Shown in pieces: positions 40,347-49,229 of a stretch of 51,867 bases of DNA. The notes under the pieces are model-generated. The model had not been told where the DNA came from. It saw only the letters and a list, made by a program, of their open reading frames with translations, and ran no database searches. The stretch lies in NCBI GenBank assembly GCA_020725385.1, contig DYFC01000026.1, positions 1 to 51,867 on the forward strand, read 5' to 3'. Source of the DNA: Nitrospira japonica (GTDB lineage: Bacteria; Nitrospirota; Thermodesulfovibrionia; Thermodesulfovibrionales; SM23-35). Positions within the stretch are counted from its first letter, which is position 1, and each line of letters starts with the position of its first letter. The position numbers were made by a program, and so were the translations under genes.

Positions 40347-40820
40347 TTACCATGTGCAGGCATCCCCTCCTGTCATTTCATTATTCTGATTGAGGCAAAG
40401 TTTTGTATTTTTTACTATAGTATTGGATTTGCCCATAGCCTTAGCAATAAAACCAGATGCTGAAGGGTCTCCGGATATTACAAGTTTATAATCGAACTTT
40501 AGTGCTCTTTCATCTCCCGGTTTAAACATACTATAAGTAGATTTAATTTGGGAGAAAGTAAGAGTTCCATTAGCACAATTTCCGCCTGATTTATAGTAGC
40601 AGCCATTTTCAGCATAATATTGTTCGAGAATAAGCCTTAATGATGTTAAGTTAGTTTGAGCTTCTGTGCGCGCTGCTTTAGTTCTTTCGCCCAAATATGT
40701 TGGTATGGCAATTGCTGCAAGAATAGCAAGAATAGCAATGACAAGTAAAAGTTCGATTAAAGTAAAACCATTTTTATTCGAACTATGCCGGCAACTTTTG
40801 TTAAATATTGGATTTTTCAT
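40347..40820 (-). CDS. Type IV minor pilin, PilE-like
   Basis: G|FTLIELLLVIAILAILAAIAIPTY, ARTEA, LEQYY. Confidence 0.88.
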   Translation of the reverse strand: MKNPIFNKSCRHSSNKNGFTLIELLLVIAILAILAAIAIPTYLGERTKAARTEAQTNLTSLRLILEQYYAENGCYYKSGGNCANGTLTFSQIKSTYSMFKPGDERALKFDYKLVISGDPSASGFIAKAMGKSNTIVKNTKLCLNQNNEMTGGDACTW

Positions 40821-40926
40821 ATTGACTCCTTTCTTAAAAATATCCCAAATGTCATACAGCTTTATTTTACTATTTTATTTATTTTAAAACTTTATGGCAT
40901 TAAATTGCTTCCCAAAGTAAAAATTA

Positions 40927-42702
40927 TTATTTGCCCATCGGAATATTCCGTTTTGCAAATTCCACAATTAGAAGAAGCTGCATGGCTTCGTTAGACAAAG
41001 TGCCTCTTGGATCTAACTCAATTACTGATTCAAAATATTTTTGAGCTTTGTCATATTCTTTTATCTGAAGGTAACATAACCCGAGATTAAACCTTGCCTG
41101 TATGAATCCCGGAGAAATTAACAGTGCTTTCTCGATGTTGCTTATAGCTTTCTCTATCACCGGTTTTTTTTCTTCTTCGTTTTTGATAGATTCTGACATT
41201 CTTAAGTATAAGATTCCGAAATTACTGAGTGCTGTAATATTTTTTGGATTAGCCTTTAAAGATTCGTTGAAATAATCTTCGGCTTTTTGAAAGTTTTTAT
41301 TTCTCATCTCTGCTACTCCAAGCATATCCATGATAATTGATACAAGCTCCGCGCTTATTTTCTTCTGCTGTAAAGCAACAAGCAATTCTTTTCTGCCCTG
41401 TTCAAAATCATTTTTTTCCATTAAAGCTCTGCCATAGTTTGCATGTGCTATTGCAGATGAAGGACTTTTTGCAACTGTATCTTTCCATAATGTCAAATCG
41501 TTTTCCCATGCTTTTAATCTTTCGTATGTGGAAAATGAACCTAAGATTACTATCATTGCAAAAGATGTAAATAGTAATTTCTTATTGCTTATTCTCGAAA
41601 ATAAAGAACCTGCAAGAATACAAAAACCAGCAGAAGGTAGATATAAATATCGTTCTCCAATTGGAGAACCTATTTGAGAAACTAAAATAATCAGAGAAGG
41701 TAGCAATGTAAGAATAATCCATGATATTAGAAAGAATTCAAATTTACGTTTTTTAAAATATAAGAAAATTAGAAGGGTAAACGGTAGAAGAGCAATTACA
41801 AAAAATAAAGGATTTTTTGGCACATCCGGTAAAAGATTCAGATTAAATGGCAATATAAGTTTTTGGAAGTAATAACCAATAGCTCCCGATAAAATAGAGA
41901 AAAAATTTTCCATACGGATGCTGGCAGAGAAAAAAGCGTTATCAGTGCCGGGAGTTGAAAGCATCATATTTATAACTTTGCTTTGTCTTAAGATAAAATA
42001 AATTATAATGACGAAAGATAATGAAGTTAAAGAAAGCGCTATTTTTTTACGCGGCATGCCTGTTAGCAAACCATAGATTAATATAATTAAGAACAGGGAA
42101 ATTGCATTTTCTTTGCTAAATAGTGAAAAGAGGAAAAAAATACATGTCAGAACAAGTCCTGAAAATTTACTCTCTTTGCTATAGATAAGGAATGAAAGAA
42201 AAGCAAGTAGCAAGAAAATTGTTGAGAGTATATCGGTTCTTCCGGAAATCCATGCTACTGACTCTGTATGTACAGGATGTATTGCAAAAATAATTGATGA
42301 TAATAATGCAGGCATAATATTTTTTATGTTTTTATCATCGAAATTGCTATGGTAATTGTGAATTTTTCCATCTTTCGTAATCAACAACCCTGTTAAGAAA
42401 ACAAGTAAAGAAGCTATACTGTGAAGAATGACATTTGTCAGATGGTATCCCATTGGATTGAGATGCCAGAAACTATAATCTATTGCCATTGAAAGATGTA
42501 GAAATGGCCTGTAATATATTCCCCCACCCAAAAAGAAAGAATAAGGATTTTCCCCAAGGTTTAAAGGGTGTGTTATTAATTGAATATCGTCCCAAACAAA
42601 TTTATTCCAGATAGTAGGTAAATAAATTAGAAAAGCAATGGTAAAAATTAGAAAACCAAATATTAAAGTTTTCTTATTGTATGATTCTTTTACTTTTAAC
42701 AT
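40927..42702 (-). CDS. TMTC-like GT-C membrane glycosyltransferase with C-terminal TPRs
   Basis: FVWDD, YYRP, HPVHTESVAWISGR, SKE, ERYLYLPS, W..D.TLW, then TPR repeats. Confidence 0.85.
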   Translation of the reverse strand: MLKVKESYNKKTLIFGFLIFTIAFLIYLPTIWNKFVWDDIQLITHPLNLGENPYSFFLGGGIYYRPFLHLSMAIDYSFWHLNPMGYHLTNVILHSIASLLVFLTGLLITKDGKIHNYHSNFDDKNIKNIMPALLSSIIFAIHPVHTESVAWISGRTDILSTIFLLLAFLSFLIYSKESKFSGLVLTCIFFLFSLFSKENAISLFLIILIYGLLTGMPRKKIALSLTSLSFVIIIYFILRQSKVINMMLSTPGTDNAFFSASIRMENFFSILSGAIGYYFQKLILPFNLNLLPDVPKNPLFFVIALLPFTLLIFLYFKKRKFEFFLISWIILTLLPSLIILVSQIGSPIGERYLYLPSAGFCILAGSLFSRISNKKLLFTSFAMIVILGSFSTYERLKAWENDLTLWKDTVAKSPSSAIAHANYGRALMEKNDFEQGRKELLVALQQKKISAELVSIIMDMLGVAEMRNKNFQKAEDYFNESLKANPKNITALSNFGILYLRMSESIKNEEEKKPVIEKAISNIEKALLISPGFIQARFNLGLCYLQIKEYDKAQKYFESVIELDPRGTLSNEAMQLLLIVEFAKRNIPMGK

Positions 42703-42737
42703 AGAATTTATTTTAACAGTTCTCTAAATATCAGATT

Positions 42738-42771
42738 AAAAAAAAAGGCGGGATTTAATTCCCGCCTTTTT
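42738..42771 (-). terminator. Intrinsic terminator after pilA
   Basis: AAAAAGGCGGGA-N6-TCCCGCCTTTTT with a long U-tract on the minus strand. Confidence 0.88.
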
Positions 42772-42783
42772 ATGCAAGTTCTT

Positions 42784-43335
42784 TTAACGTGCAGATACAG
42801 TTGTGCTGAAAACAGGATTTGTCGTATCCTGGGCGTATCCTTCAATTGTAATAGTAGTACTATTTGGTGCTCCAAGTATAATTTGTCCGGCTTGGGCTGC
42901 TCCTTTAGCAAAGAGACTAATTGTCCCTACAAAGCAGCTTCTTTCACCTTTATTTGCATGATGGGCAATGGCTTTATCTACAACGTCATCAGCACTTGCT
43001 GTATAAGTGCCAGTAGCCGTCATGCCATTATACATTGCTGCACAGGTTTTGGCAGGGTCTGCTTGGGGTGCTTCGTAACATTCTGCGTTTCCACCAGCTC
43101 CTGAAATTAAATATGGATCTCCCGAGACAACTGCATCAAGCCAGCTTTGTAATTCTGATACAGCACCTTTTGCGCCTGCAATAACACAACGAACCTTTGC
43201 TTTTTCTCTCTGGCCAAGATATGCAGGAATTGCGATTGCTGCGAGGATACCGATGATTGCAACGACAATGAGCAATTCAATGAGGGTAAAACCTCTTTGA
43301 TCCCTTTCCTTCATTTGTTGAATTGTTTTAAACAT
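42784..43335 (-). CDS. pilA: Type IVa major pilin
   Basis: Prepilin site RG|FTLIELLIVVAIIGILAAIAIP; has its own sigma54 promoter and terminator. Confidence 0.9.
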   Translation of the reverse strand: MFKTIQQMKERDQRGFTLIELLIVVAIIGILAAIAIPAYLGQREKAKVRCVIAGAKGAVSELQSWLDAVVSGDPYLISGAGGNAECYEAPQADPAKTCAAMYNGMTATGTYTASADDVVDKAIAHHANKGERSCFVGTISLFAKGAAQAGQIILGAPNSTTITIEGYAQDTTNPVFSTTVSAR

Positions 43336-43403
43336 CTTTCCCCCTTTTGTTTTAATTTAAGAGTTATTACTAAAAAATAATTGCCATCTCAACCTTTTCT
43401 GAT

Positions 43404-43433
43404 TGGATTCTCCGGTCAAGCCAGAGAATGACA
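43404..43433. repeat. Single TGTCATTC-N-GAATCCA palindromic repeat in the pilA leader
   Basis: TGGATTCTCCGGTCAAGCCAGAGAATGACA. Confidence 0.8.
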
Positions 43434-43494
43434 GAAATTCACATGCTTTTATATCTTTTTGCACCACCTCCTTTAATTTCGTTACTTTTAATAA

Positions 43495-43510
43495 AGCAAT
43501 CACTATGCCA
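43495..43510 (-). promoter_or_regulatory. Sigma-54 promoter for pilA
   Basis: Minus strand TGGCATAGTGATTGCT, GG-N10-GC. Confidence 0.85.
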
Positions 43511-43650
43511 GAAAGTAAATCAGGAGGACTGCAATATTTAATATACTAAAAAATTATAAAACAATCAATATGTTTGTTAATGATTCTTCTACTAATACTA
43601 TAAGTTTTTTCTTTAATATTATATAGCTCAAAATTGAACAAAAAACAAAA

Positions 43651-43671
43651 TATTGACAAAAATTGTCAATA
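43651..43671. promoter_or_regulatory. Candidate PilR-type enhancer palindrome
   Basis: TATTGACAA-N3-TTGTCAATA about 140 bp upstream of the sigma54 motif; IHF-like AATCAATATGTTT at 43563..43575 lies in between. Confidence 0.5.
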
Positions 43672-43691
43672 AAAATTACATACTGGGACAA

Positions 43692-44126
43692 TTATTCCCA
43701 GCTATTAATATCCTGATTTTCTCCTTCACCACCGGGATTGCCATCGGCTCCGTAAGAGTAAAGGTCATAGTCACCATGTTGACCTGGAGATTCATAATGA
43801 TAAGGTCTTCCCCATGGATCATTTGGTATTCCTTTTTTTAAATATGGTCCGTCCCACCCATTTACACCCGGATTTACCTGAAGTGCATTTAAACCTTCCT
43901 GGGTGGTTGGATACCTTCCTGTTTCCATTCTAAATTGATCAAGTGCCTGACCGAGTAATTCAATCTGGGTCTTTGCAGCAGAAACTTTCCCTTTTCCAAC
44001 CTTGGAAATGAATTTCGGGAAAACCAATGCTGCGAGCATGCCGAGTATAACCATTACGACTATCAATTCAACTAAAGTAAACCCTTTTTTGTTTTTAACA
44101 ATACTGTTATCTTTCTTTTGAATCAC
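43692..44126 (-). CDS. gspG: Type II secretion major pseudopilin
   Basis: KG|FTLVEL, GRYPTTQEGLNAL, WDGPYL, DPWG, YSYGADG..GGEG..DI. Confidence 0.93.
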   Translation of the reverse strand: MIQKKDNSIVKNKKGFTLVELIVVMVILGMLAALVFPKFISKVGKGKVSAAKTQIELLGQALDQFRMETGRYPTTQEGLNALQVNPGVNGWDGPYLKKGIPNDPWGRPYHYESPGQHGDYDLYSYGADGNPGGEGENQDINSWE

Positions 44127-44222
44127 TTAAACCTCCTAAGACTTTCTAAATATAACTAATATCTAAATTTAAAGAAAAATTCAATTATAAATATTATGAT
44201 AACACTTATTAGACATTTTGCA

Positions 44223-44390
44223 ACAGATAACAGAGGACAGAAGTCAGAAAACAGATAACAGAAGTCAGACAACAGAAAACAGAATACAGAATATAGACTA
44301 CAGAAAAAAGACAAAAGACAACTGACAAAAGACAAAAGATAAAAGAACACAGATAACAGAAAACAGAAAACAGATAACAGACTGCAGAGA
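44223..44390. repeat. Tandem array of 24 degenerate 7-bp units
   Basis: ACAGATA/ACAGAAA/TCAGACA/AAAGACA... held in exact 7-nt phase over 168 bp. Confidence 0.92.
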
Positions 44391-44463
44391 AGAGATTGAA
44401 TTTATCTCGGAATTAAATATCTCTTTACAATATATTTAATAGATGCTAATATTTTTTGTTTTT

Positions 44464-45153
44464 ATGAGGTATAAGAGCATTAGAAAATGGCCTGAAGATG
44501 AAAGGCCGAGAGAAAGGCTTCTGAAACACGGACCTCAATTTCTATCCGATGCACAGTTGCTTGCAATTATTCTCAGAACAGGTGGTGGAGGAAAAAGTGC
44601 GATTGATCTTGCCTTGGAATTAATAGATAAATTTAAGAATCTTAAGGATATGGAGCAAGCATCTGTTCATGAATTTTCTAAATTTAAAGGAATGGGAAAC
44701 GCAAAAATCGCTCAAATAAAAGCTGCTCTTGAAATTGGTAGAAGATTTACGGGTGAAAGTATTCAGAGAGGTTCTCAATTTTTATCAGCTAATGAAGTAT
44801 TTCAATACTATAAACAAAGAATCGGGAATACAAATAAAGAAGTTTTTCACTGTGCGATGCTTGATGCTAAAAACAGGATTATAAAGGATTACCGCATATC
44901 AGAAGGAACACTAACAAATTCTTTAATACATCCCCGGGAAGCATTTAGAGATGCAATAAAAGAGTCAGCAGCATCGGTAATATTTGTCCATAATCATCCA
45001 AGCGGGGATCCTGCACCAAGCAAGGATGATATTATAATCACTGAAAAGCTTGTGAATGCAGGCAATATTTTAGGCATAAAAGTACTTGATCACATAATTA
45101 TAGGTGATAACCAATTTACAAGTATGATGGAAAAAGGATATATAAAAAAGTAA
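44464..45153 (+). CDS. radC: RadC/JAB-domain protein
   Basis: ERPRERLL, LSDAQLLAIILRTG, HPRE, HNHPSGDPAPS..D, LDHIIIG. Confidence 0.94.
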   Translation: MRYKSIRKWPEDERPRERLLKHGPQFLSDAQLLAIILRTGGGGKSAIDLALELIDKFKNLKDMEQASVHEFSKFKGMGNAKIAQIKAALEIGRRFTGESIQRGSQFLSANEVFQYYKQRIGNTNKEVFHCAMLDAKNRIIKDYRISEGTLTNSLIHPREAFRDAIKESAASVIFVHNHPSGDPAPSKDDIIITEKLVNAGNILGIKVLDHIIIGDNQFTSMMEKGYIKK

Positions 45154-45157
45154 TAAT

Positions 45158-45193
45158 AGTTTACTCGGTTTACACAGTTTACATAATTTACAT
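45158..45193. repeat. Four 9-bp tandem units
   Basis: AGTTTACTC GGTTTACAC AGTTTACAT AATTTACAT. Confidence 0.6.
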
Positions 45194-45295
45194 AGTTGAT
45201 AATATTTGTACAAATCTAAACGTTCAGGTTATATTAAAAATTTCCTGGGAAAATATGGTGTAAGAGAATTGAATCGGAGGATGACATTTAAATAT

Positions 45296-45326
45296 TGTCA
45301 TTCTCGGGCTTGACCCGGGAATCCAG
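45296..45326. repeat. Single TGTCATTC-N-GAATCCAG palindromic repeat
   Basis: TGTCATTCTCGGGCTTGACCCGGGAATCCAG. Confidence 0.82.
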
Positions 45327-45375
45327 AAAAGTGAGCATGTTTTGACAAAATGAATATTGAGAGAAGGAGGGTTTT

Positions 45376-45975
45376 ATGTCAGGGATTCAGAGGGCTATTA
45401 TCAGTGTATCGAATAAAAAAGGTATAGTTGAATTTGCAAAAGAATTGAGCGCATTCGGGGTTGAGATACTTTCAACAGGAGGTACTGCAAAGGCACTGAA
45501 AGAGGGGGGTGTTAAGGTAAAAGAAGTATCTGAATATACCGGCTCACCTGAAATGCTTGATGGTAGAGTAAAAACACTACATCCAAAGATACATGGAGGA
45601 TTGCTTTGCAGAAGGGATAATCCAAAAGATATGGAAGAGATAAAAAAACATGATATAGGTCTGATAGATATGGTTGTTGTGAACCTTTATCCTTTTGAAG
45701 AGACGATCTCAAAACCGGATGTTACATTTGATGATGCTATAGAAAATATAGATATTGGGGGTCCAACAATGCTGCGTTCTGCATCAAAGAATTTCAAAGA
45801 TGTTGTTGTGATTGTTGACCCTGCTGATTATGAAAAAGTAATAAATGAAATGAAAAATAGTAATGGTAATATAAGTTATAAGACAAGACTTAAACTTGCT
45901 ACAAAAGTATTTCGACATACATCAAGATACGATACAATAATATCAGAATATCTTGGTAAGGTGAGTGAAAGCTAA
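45376..45975 (+). CDS. purH: Stand-alone IMP cyclohydrolase (PurH N-terminal domain only)
   Basis: [35 protein letters not shown]; stops at 199 aa. Confidence 0.9.
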   Translation: MSGIQRAIISVSNKKGIVEFAKELSAFGVEILSTGGTAKALKEGGVKVKEVSEYTGSPEMLDGRVKTLHPKIHGGLLCRRDNPKDMEEIKKHDIGLIDMVVVNLYPFEETISKPDVTFDDAIENIDIGGPTMLRSASKNFKDVVVIVDPADYEKVINEMKNSNGNISYKTRLKLATKVFRHTSRYDTIISEYLGKVSES

Positions 45976-45989
45976 ACAGGAAATAAAAA

Positions 45990-47231
45990 TTGAAAGTACT
46001 TGTTTTAGGAGACAGGGGGAGTGAACATGCAATTGTATGGAAACTTTCCCGGAGCAGAAATATTGAGAAAATTTATTGTTGTCCGGGTAATGCAGGAATT
46101 ACCTCATATGCCGAATGTATTGAATTGAATAACGGGGCACTTGATGTTCTTGCTGATTTTGTAAAGTATGAATGGATAGACCTTGTTTTTGTCAGTTCAG
46201 AAAAATTTATTACACAGGATGCGGTCAGTCTTTTCCGGCGGGAAGGTCGCAGGGTAATAGGTCCTGATTCAAAAGCATTTCAATTGCAATCAAGTAGAGT
46301 TTTTTCACATGACTTATTTAAATTTTACGGGGTACCGTTGCCTGATTATAAAGCCTTTTCCGCATTTTTGCATGCTGTTGATTATATAATGCTGAAAGGT
46401 GCCCCTGTTTTAATAAAAACAGACGGACATATTCAGAATATAGGAATTTATAAGGCTCAGACAGTTGATGATGCGATCTATGCTCTAAAAAAAATTATAA
46501 ATGAAAAAATATTCAATGACGCAGGCAATCACATAATTATCAGTGAAATTCCCCGGGGTGTAAAATTTTCTTTTGTCTTTTTGACCGATGGTAATCATTT
46601 GAGACATCTTGCTACTGTCAGGAAAAAAAATACAAACAGCATTTTTTCGAAGACACTTATGTGTTTCAGTCAGAAACAGAGTATATTTGAAGGTATCGAC
46701 GATACATTGGATAAAAAGATTATCGCTCCTTTTCTTGATGCTGTTAATTCTGAAGGAATTAAATTTAAAGGTATATTTTCTTTAGATTTATTTTTGAATG
46801 ATAAACAAATATTTTTTCATGATGTAAACTGCACATTTGATTGTTTGGAAGCCCAGACAATTTTACCATTAATAAAGACAGATATGATGGATATTTTCAC
46901 AGCTATTATGGATGAGAAGCTCGATAAAATTGATATTAAACTGGAAGATAAACTCTCTCTGACTACAATGGTTTTTTCAGAAAATGAAGATAGGGGAAAT
47001 GTAATATCCGGTATTGAAGATATAATAGATGATAACATTCACATCTTTCATGAGAATACATCTTTTTCAAATGGTGACATTGTAACAAATGGCGATCAGG
47101 TTCTAAGTGTTAATGTTGTTTCAGATAGTAAAGATGAATTAATAGAAAAAGCCGGGTCAATTTTGAGTAAAATTAAGTTTAAGGGAATGAAGTATGATTT
47201 AGATAAAGAATTTATTTTAAAGGAGGATTAA
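45990..47231 (+). CDS. purD: Divergent PurD-like protein (GAR synthetase fold, catalytic motifs eroded)
   Basis: MKVLVLG..EHAIVWKL, PGNAG and overall length match PurD; most other motifs are altered. Confidence 0.8.
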   Translation: MKVLVLGDRGSEHAIVWKLSRSRNIEKIYCCPGNAGITSYAECIELNNGALDVLADFVKYEWIDLVFVSSEKFITQDAVSLFRREGRRVIGPDSKAFQLQSSRVFSHDLFKFYGVPLPDYKAFSAFLHAVDYIMLKGAPVLIKTDGHIQNIGIYKAQTVDDAIYALKKIINEKIFNDAGNHIIISEIPRGVKFSFVFLTDGNHLRHLATVRKKNTNSIFSKTLMCFSQKQSIFEGIDDTLDKKIIAPFLDAVNSEGIKFKGIFSLDLFLNDKQIFFHDVNCTFDCLEAQTILPLIKTDMMDIFTAIMDEKLDKIDIKLEDKLSLTTMVFSENEDRGNVISGIEDIIDDNIHIFHENTSFSNGDIVTNGDQVLSVNVVSDSKDELIEKAGSILSKIKFKGMKYDLDKEFILKED

Positions 47232-47729
47232 TTGAAAGCGCAGGTTTTGATTGTAATGGGTAGTGAATCGGATTTGGCCGTAATGGAATCCGCAGGAGAA
47301 ATACTCGAAAAATTTGGAGTTCCTTATGAGATGACAATAGCTTCTGCACATAGAACGCCGGCACGTGCGATAAAACTTGCTGAGACCGCAGAACAAAAGG
47401 GTATTGGTGTCATAATCGCAGGAGCAGGGATGGCCGCACATCTTGCAGGGGTTCTTGCAGCACATACTGTTTTGCCTGTAATAGGTGTTCCTATAGAATC
47501 TTCACATCTTAAAGGACTTGATTCTTTGCTTTCAACTGTGCAGATGCCGCCCGGAGTTCCTGTTGCTACAATGGCAATAGGAAAGGCAGGTGCGAAAAAT
47601 GCTGCAATTTTTGCTATACAGATTTTATCTGGTAAGGATAAGGAACTTTTGAAAAAATTCAAAGAGTATAAAAAACAAATGGCAATTGAAGTAGAAGAAA
47701 AAGCAAATAACCTAAAAAAGAAGAAATGA
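47232..47729 (+). CDS. purE: N5-CAIR mutase
   Basis: MGSESD, SAHRTP, AGMAAHLAG, LLSTVQMPPGVPVAT. Confidence 0.96.
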   Translation: MKAQVLIVMGSESDLAVMESAGEILEKFGVPYEMTIASAHRTPARAIKLAETAEQKGIGVIIAGAGMAAHLAGVLAAHTVLPVIGVPIESSHLKGLDSLLSTVQMPPGVPVATMAIGKAGAKNAAIFAIQILSGKDKELLKKFKEYKKQMAIEVEEKANNLKKKK

Positions 47730-48571
47730 AAGTTCACCTCGATTGTTTCCCTTGTTTTCTTAAACAGGCTTTAATTGCACTCAGACTTGGAACAAGTGAT
47801 GAAATTCTTCAGGAAACTATTCTGAAGGATATAATGGATTATATTAAGGCTGCCGATACTTCTATGCCTCCGGCATACACTACCACTTTTATCCACAGGA
47901 AGATACGTCAAATGCTCGGAGGAGATCCTTTCAGCAATATCAAAACAGAATACAATAAAATCGCTCTTGGACTTTATAGCAAACTTAAAACTATAGTATC
48001 AGAAAGTAAAGAGCCACTTGTAATAGCATCAAAACTTGCGATAGCCGGCAATGTTATTGACTTCGGGATTTTTACTTCAATTGATATTGAAAGCACAATA
48101 AACAGGGCGATGAATGACAATCTTAATGTAGATGATAGTAAGGACTTTTTAGAGTCATTATCATATGCGGATGAAATACTTTATCTTCTTGATAATGCTG
48201 GTGAGATAGTTTTTGACAGGATCTTGATAGAAGCATTGATTGAAAATAAAAAGAAAGTTAAAGCTGTTGTAAAGGGCTCTCCTGTTATAAATGATGCAAC
48301 AATTTTAGATGCAGAAGAATCTGGACTAACAAAGGTTTGTGAAGTGATTGACAACGGTTCCGATGCAGTTGGTACCATTCTCCAATGGACATCGAAAAAA
48401 TTTCAGGATGAATTTAACAGGGCACAAATGATTATAAGCAAAGGACAGGGTAATTTTGAGACTCTACTACATGCCAGGAAGAATATTTATTTTCTTTTCC
48501 AGTCAAAATGCGGTGTGGTTTCAAAAGAACTCGGTCTTAGTAATGGCGCAATGCTGCTTATGAAGGGATAA
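47726..48571 (+). CDS. DUF89/ARMT1-like damage-control phosphatase
   Basis: CFPCF, AGNVIDFG, DNAGEIVFD, INDAT, KGQGNFE. Confidence 0.9.
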   Translation: MKVHLDCFPCFLKQALIALRLGTSDEILQETILKDIMDYIKAADTSMPPAYTTTFIHRKIRQMLGGDPFSNIKTEYNKIALGLYSKLKTIVSESKEPLVIASKLAIAGNVIDFGIFTSIDIESTINRAMNDNLNVDDSKDFLESLSYADEILYLLDNAGEIVFDRILIEALIENKKKVKAVVKGSPVINDATILDAEESGLTKVCEVIDNGSDAVGTILQWTSKKFQDEFNRAQMIISKGQGNFETLLHARKNIYFLFQSKCGVVSKELGLSNGAMLLMKG

Positions 48572-48573
48572 AA

Positions 48574-48984
48574 TTATTTGTTTCTTGATTCGATATCCTG
48601 AATAGCTTCTGATGCGATGATTCTTACGTTTTCATTTTCATCATTAATAAGTTCTTTGAGGTTGGGAATTACTTTTTCATCTCCGATAGTTCCTAACAGA
48701 TAAGCAGCGTCACCCCTTAAAACAGGGTCAGAGTTTTTTAATAATGAGATTACCTGAGGTATTGCTTTTTTTGAATTTTCTGGGTCTTCAGAACTGAGAG
48801 TTTCAAGAAGTGCGGTTGTTCCGATTCTTACACGCATTCGTTCATCGGTAAGAAGATAACCTATGTAATCATAAAGACTGGAGTCATATTTGAACATGTC
48901 AATAATATTATCCAGCATGCCTGCTTCCATATAATCTGCTATCATTTTTTTTAAGTCCTGCTGTTCAGGTTTTGGATTTTCCAT
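48574..48984 (-). CDS. HEAT-repeat protein
   Basis: LRGDAAYLLGTIGD, L.DENENVR..A.EAI. Confidence 0.85.
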   Translation of the reverse strand: MENPKPEQQDLKKMIADYMEAGMLDNIIDMFKYDSSLYDYIGYLLTDERMRVRIGTTALLETLSSEDPENSKKAIPQVISLLKNSDPVLRGDAAYLLGTIGDEKVIPNLKELINDENENVRIIASEAIQDIESRNK

Positions 48985-49058
48985 TGCAAATATAATAACA
49001 TAAAAAAATAACGTTGTCCGTAATCCGATAGCAATTCACGGCGAATTTTGAAAGCCTT

Positions 49059-49229
49059 GAGATTTCTCGCTTCGCTCGAAATGACAGAGTGATGGATTCG
49101 AAATAACAGAGAGGGATTTGAAATTACAGATAAAAAAGGGCATTGTGTTATTCTCCGACTTGATCGGGGAATCCAGAAAAATATGAAAAATTATAAAGAA
49201 ACTGGATTCCCGCTTTCGCGGGAATGACA
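49059..49229. repeat. Cluster of short palindromic repeats
   Basis: GAGATTTCTCGCTTCGCTCGAAATGACA (49059..49086) plus an inverted doublet 49146..49176 / 49202..49229 (CTGGATTCCCGCTTTCGCGGGAATGACA). Confidence 0.85.

Noticed and set aside
40895-40909. Sigma54-like TGGCATTAAATTGCT between the GT-C gene and pilE
   Set aside because: GG-N9-GC spacing (needs N10), and it points away from pilE
42784-43335. PilA as a conductive e-pilin
   Set aside because: Long pilin (168 aa mature), Gln instead of Tyr at position 27, and sparse aromatics
44156-44350. 64-aa hydrophobic ORF
   Set aside because: Translation artefact of the heptamer array
44223-44390. Possible CRISPR array
   Set aside because: 7-bp units with no unique spacers and no cas genes
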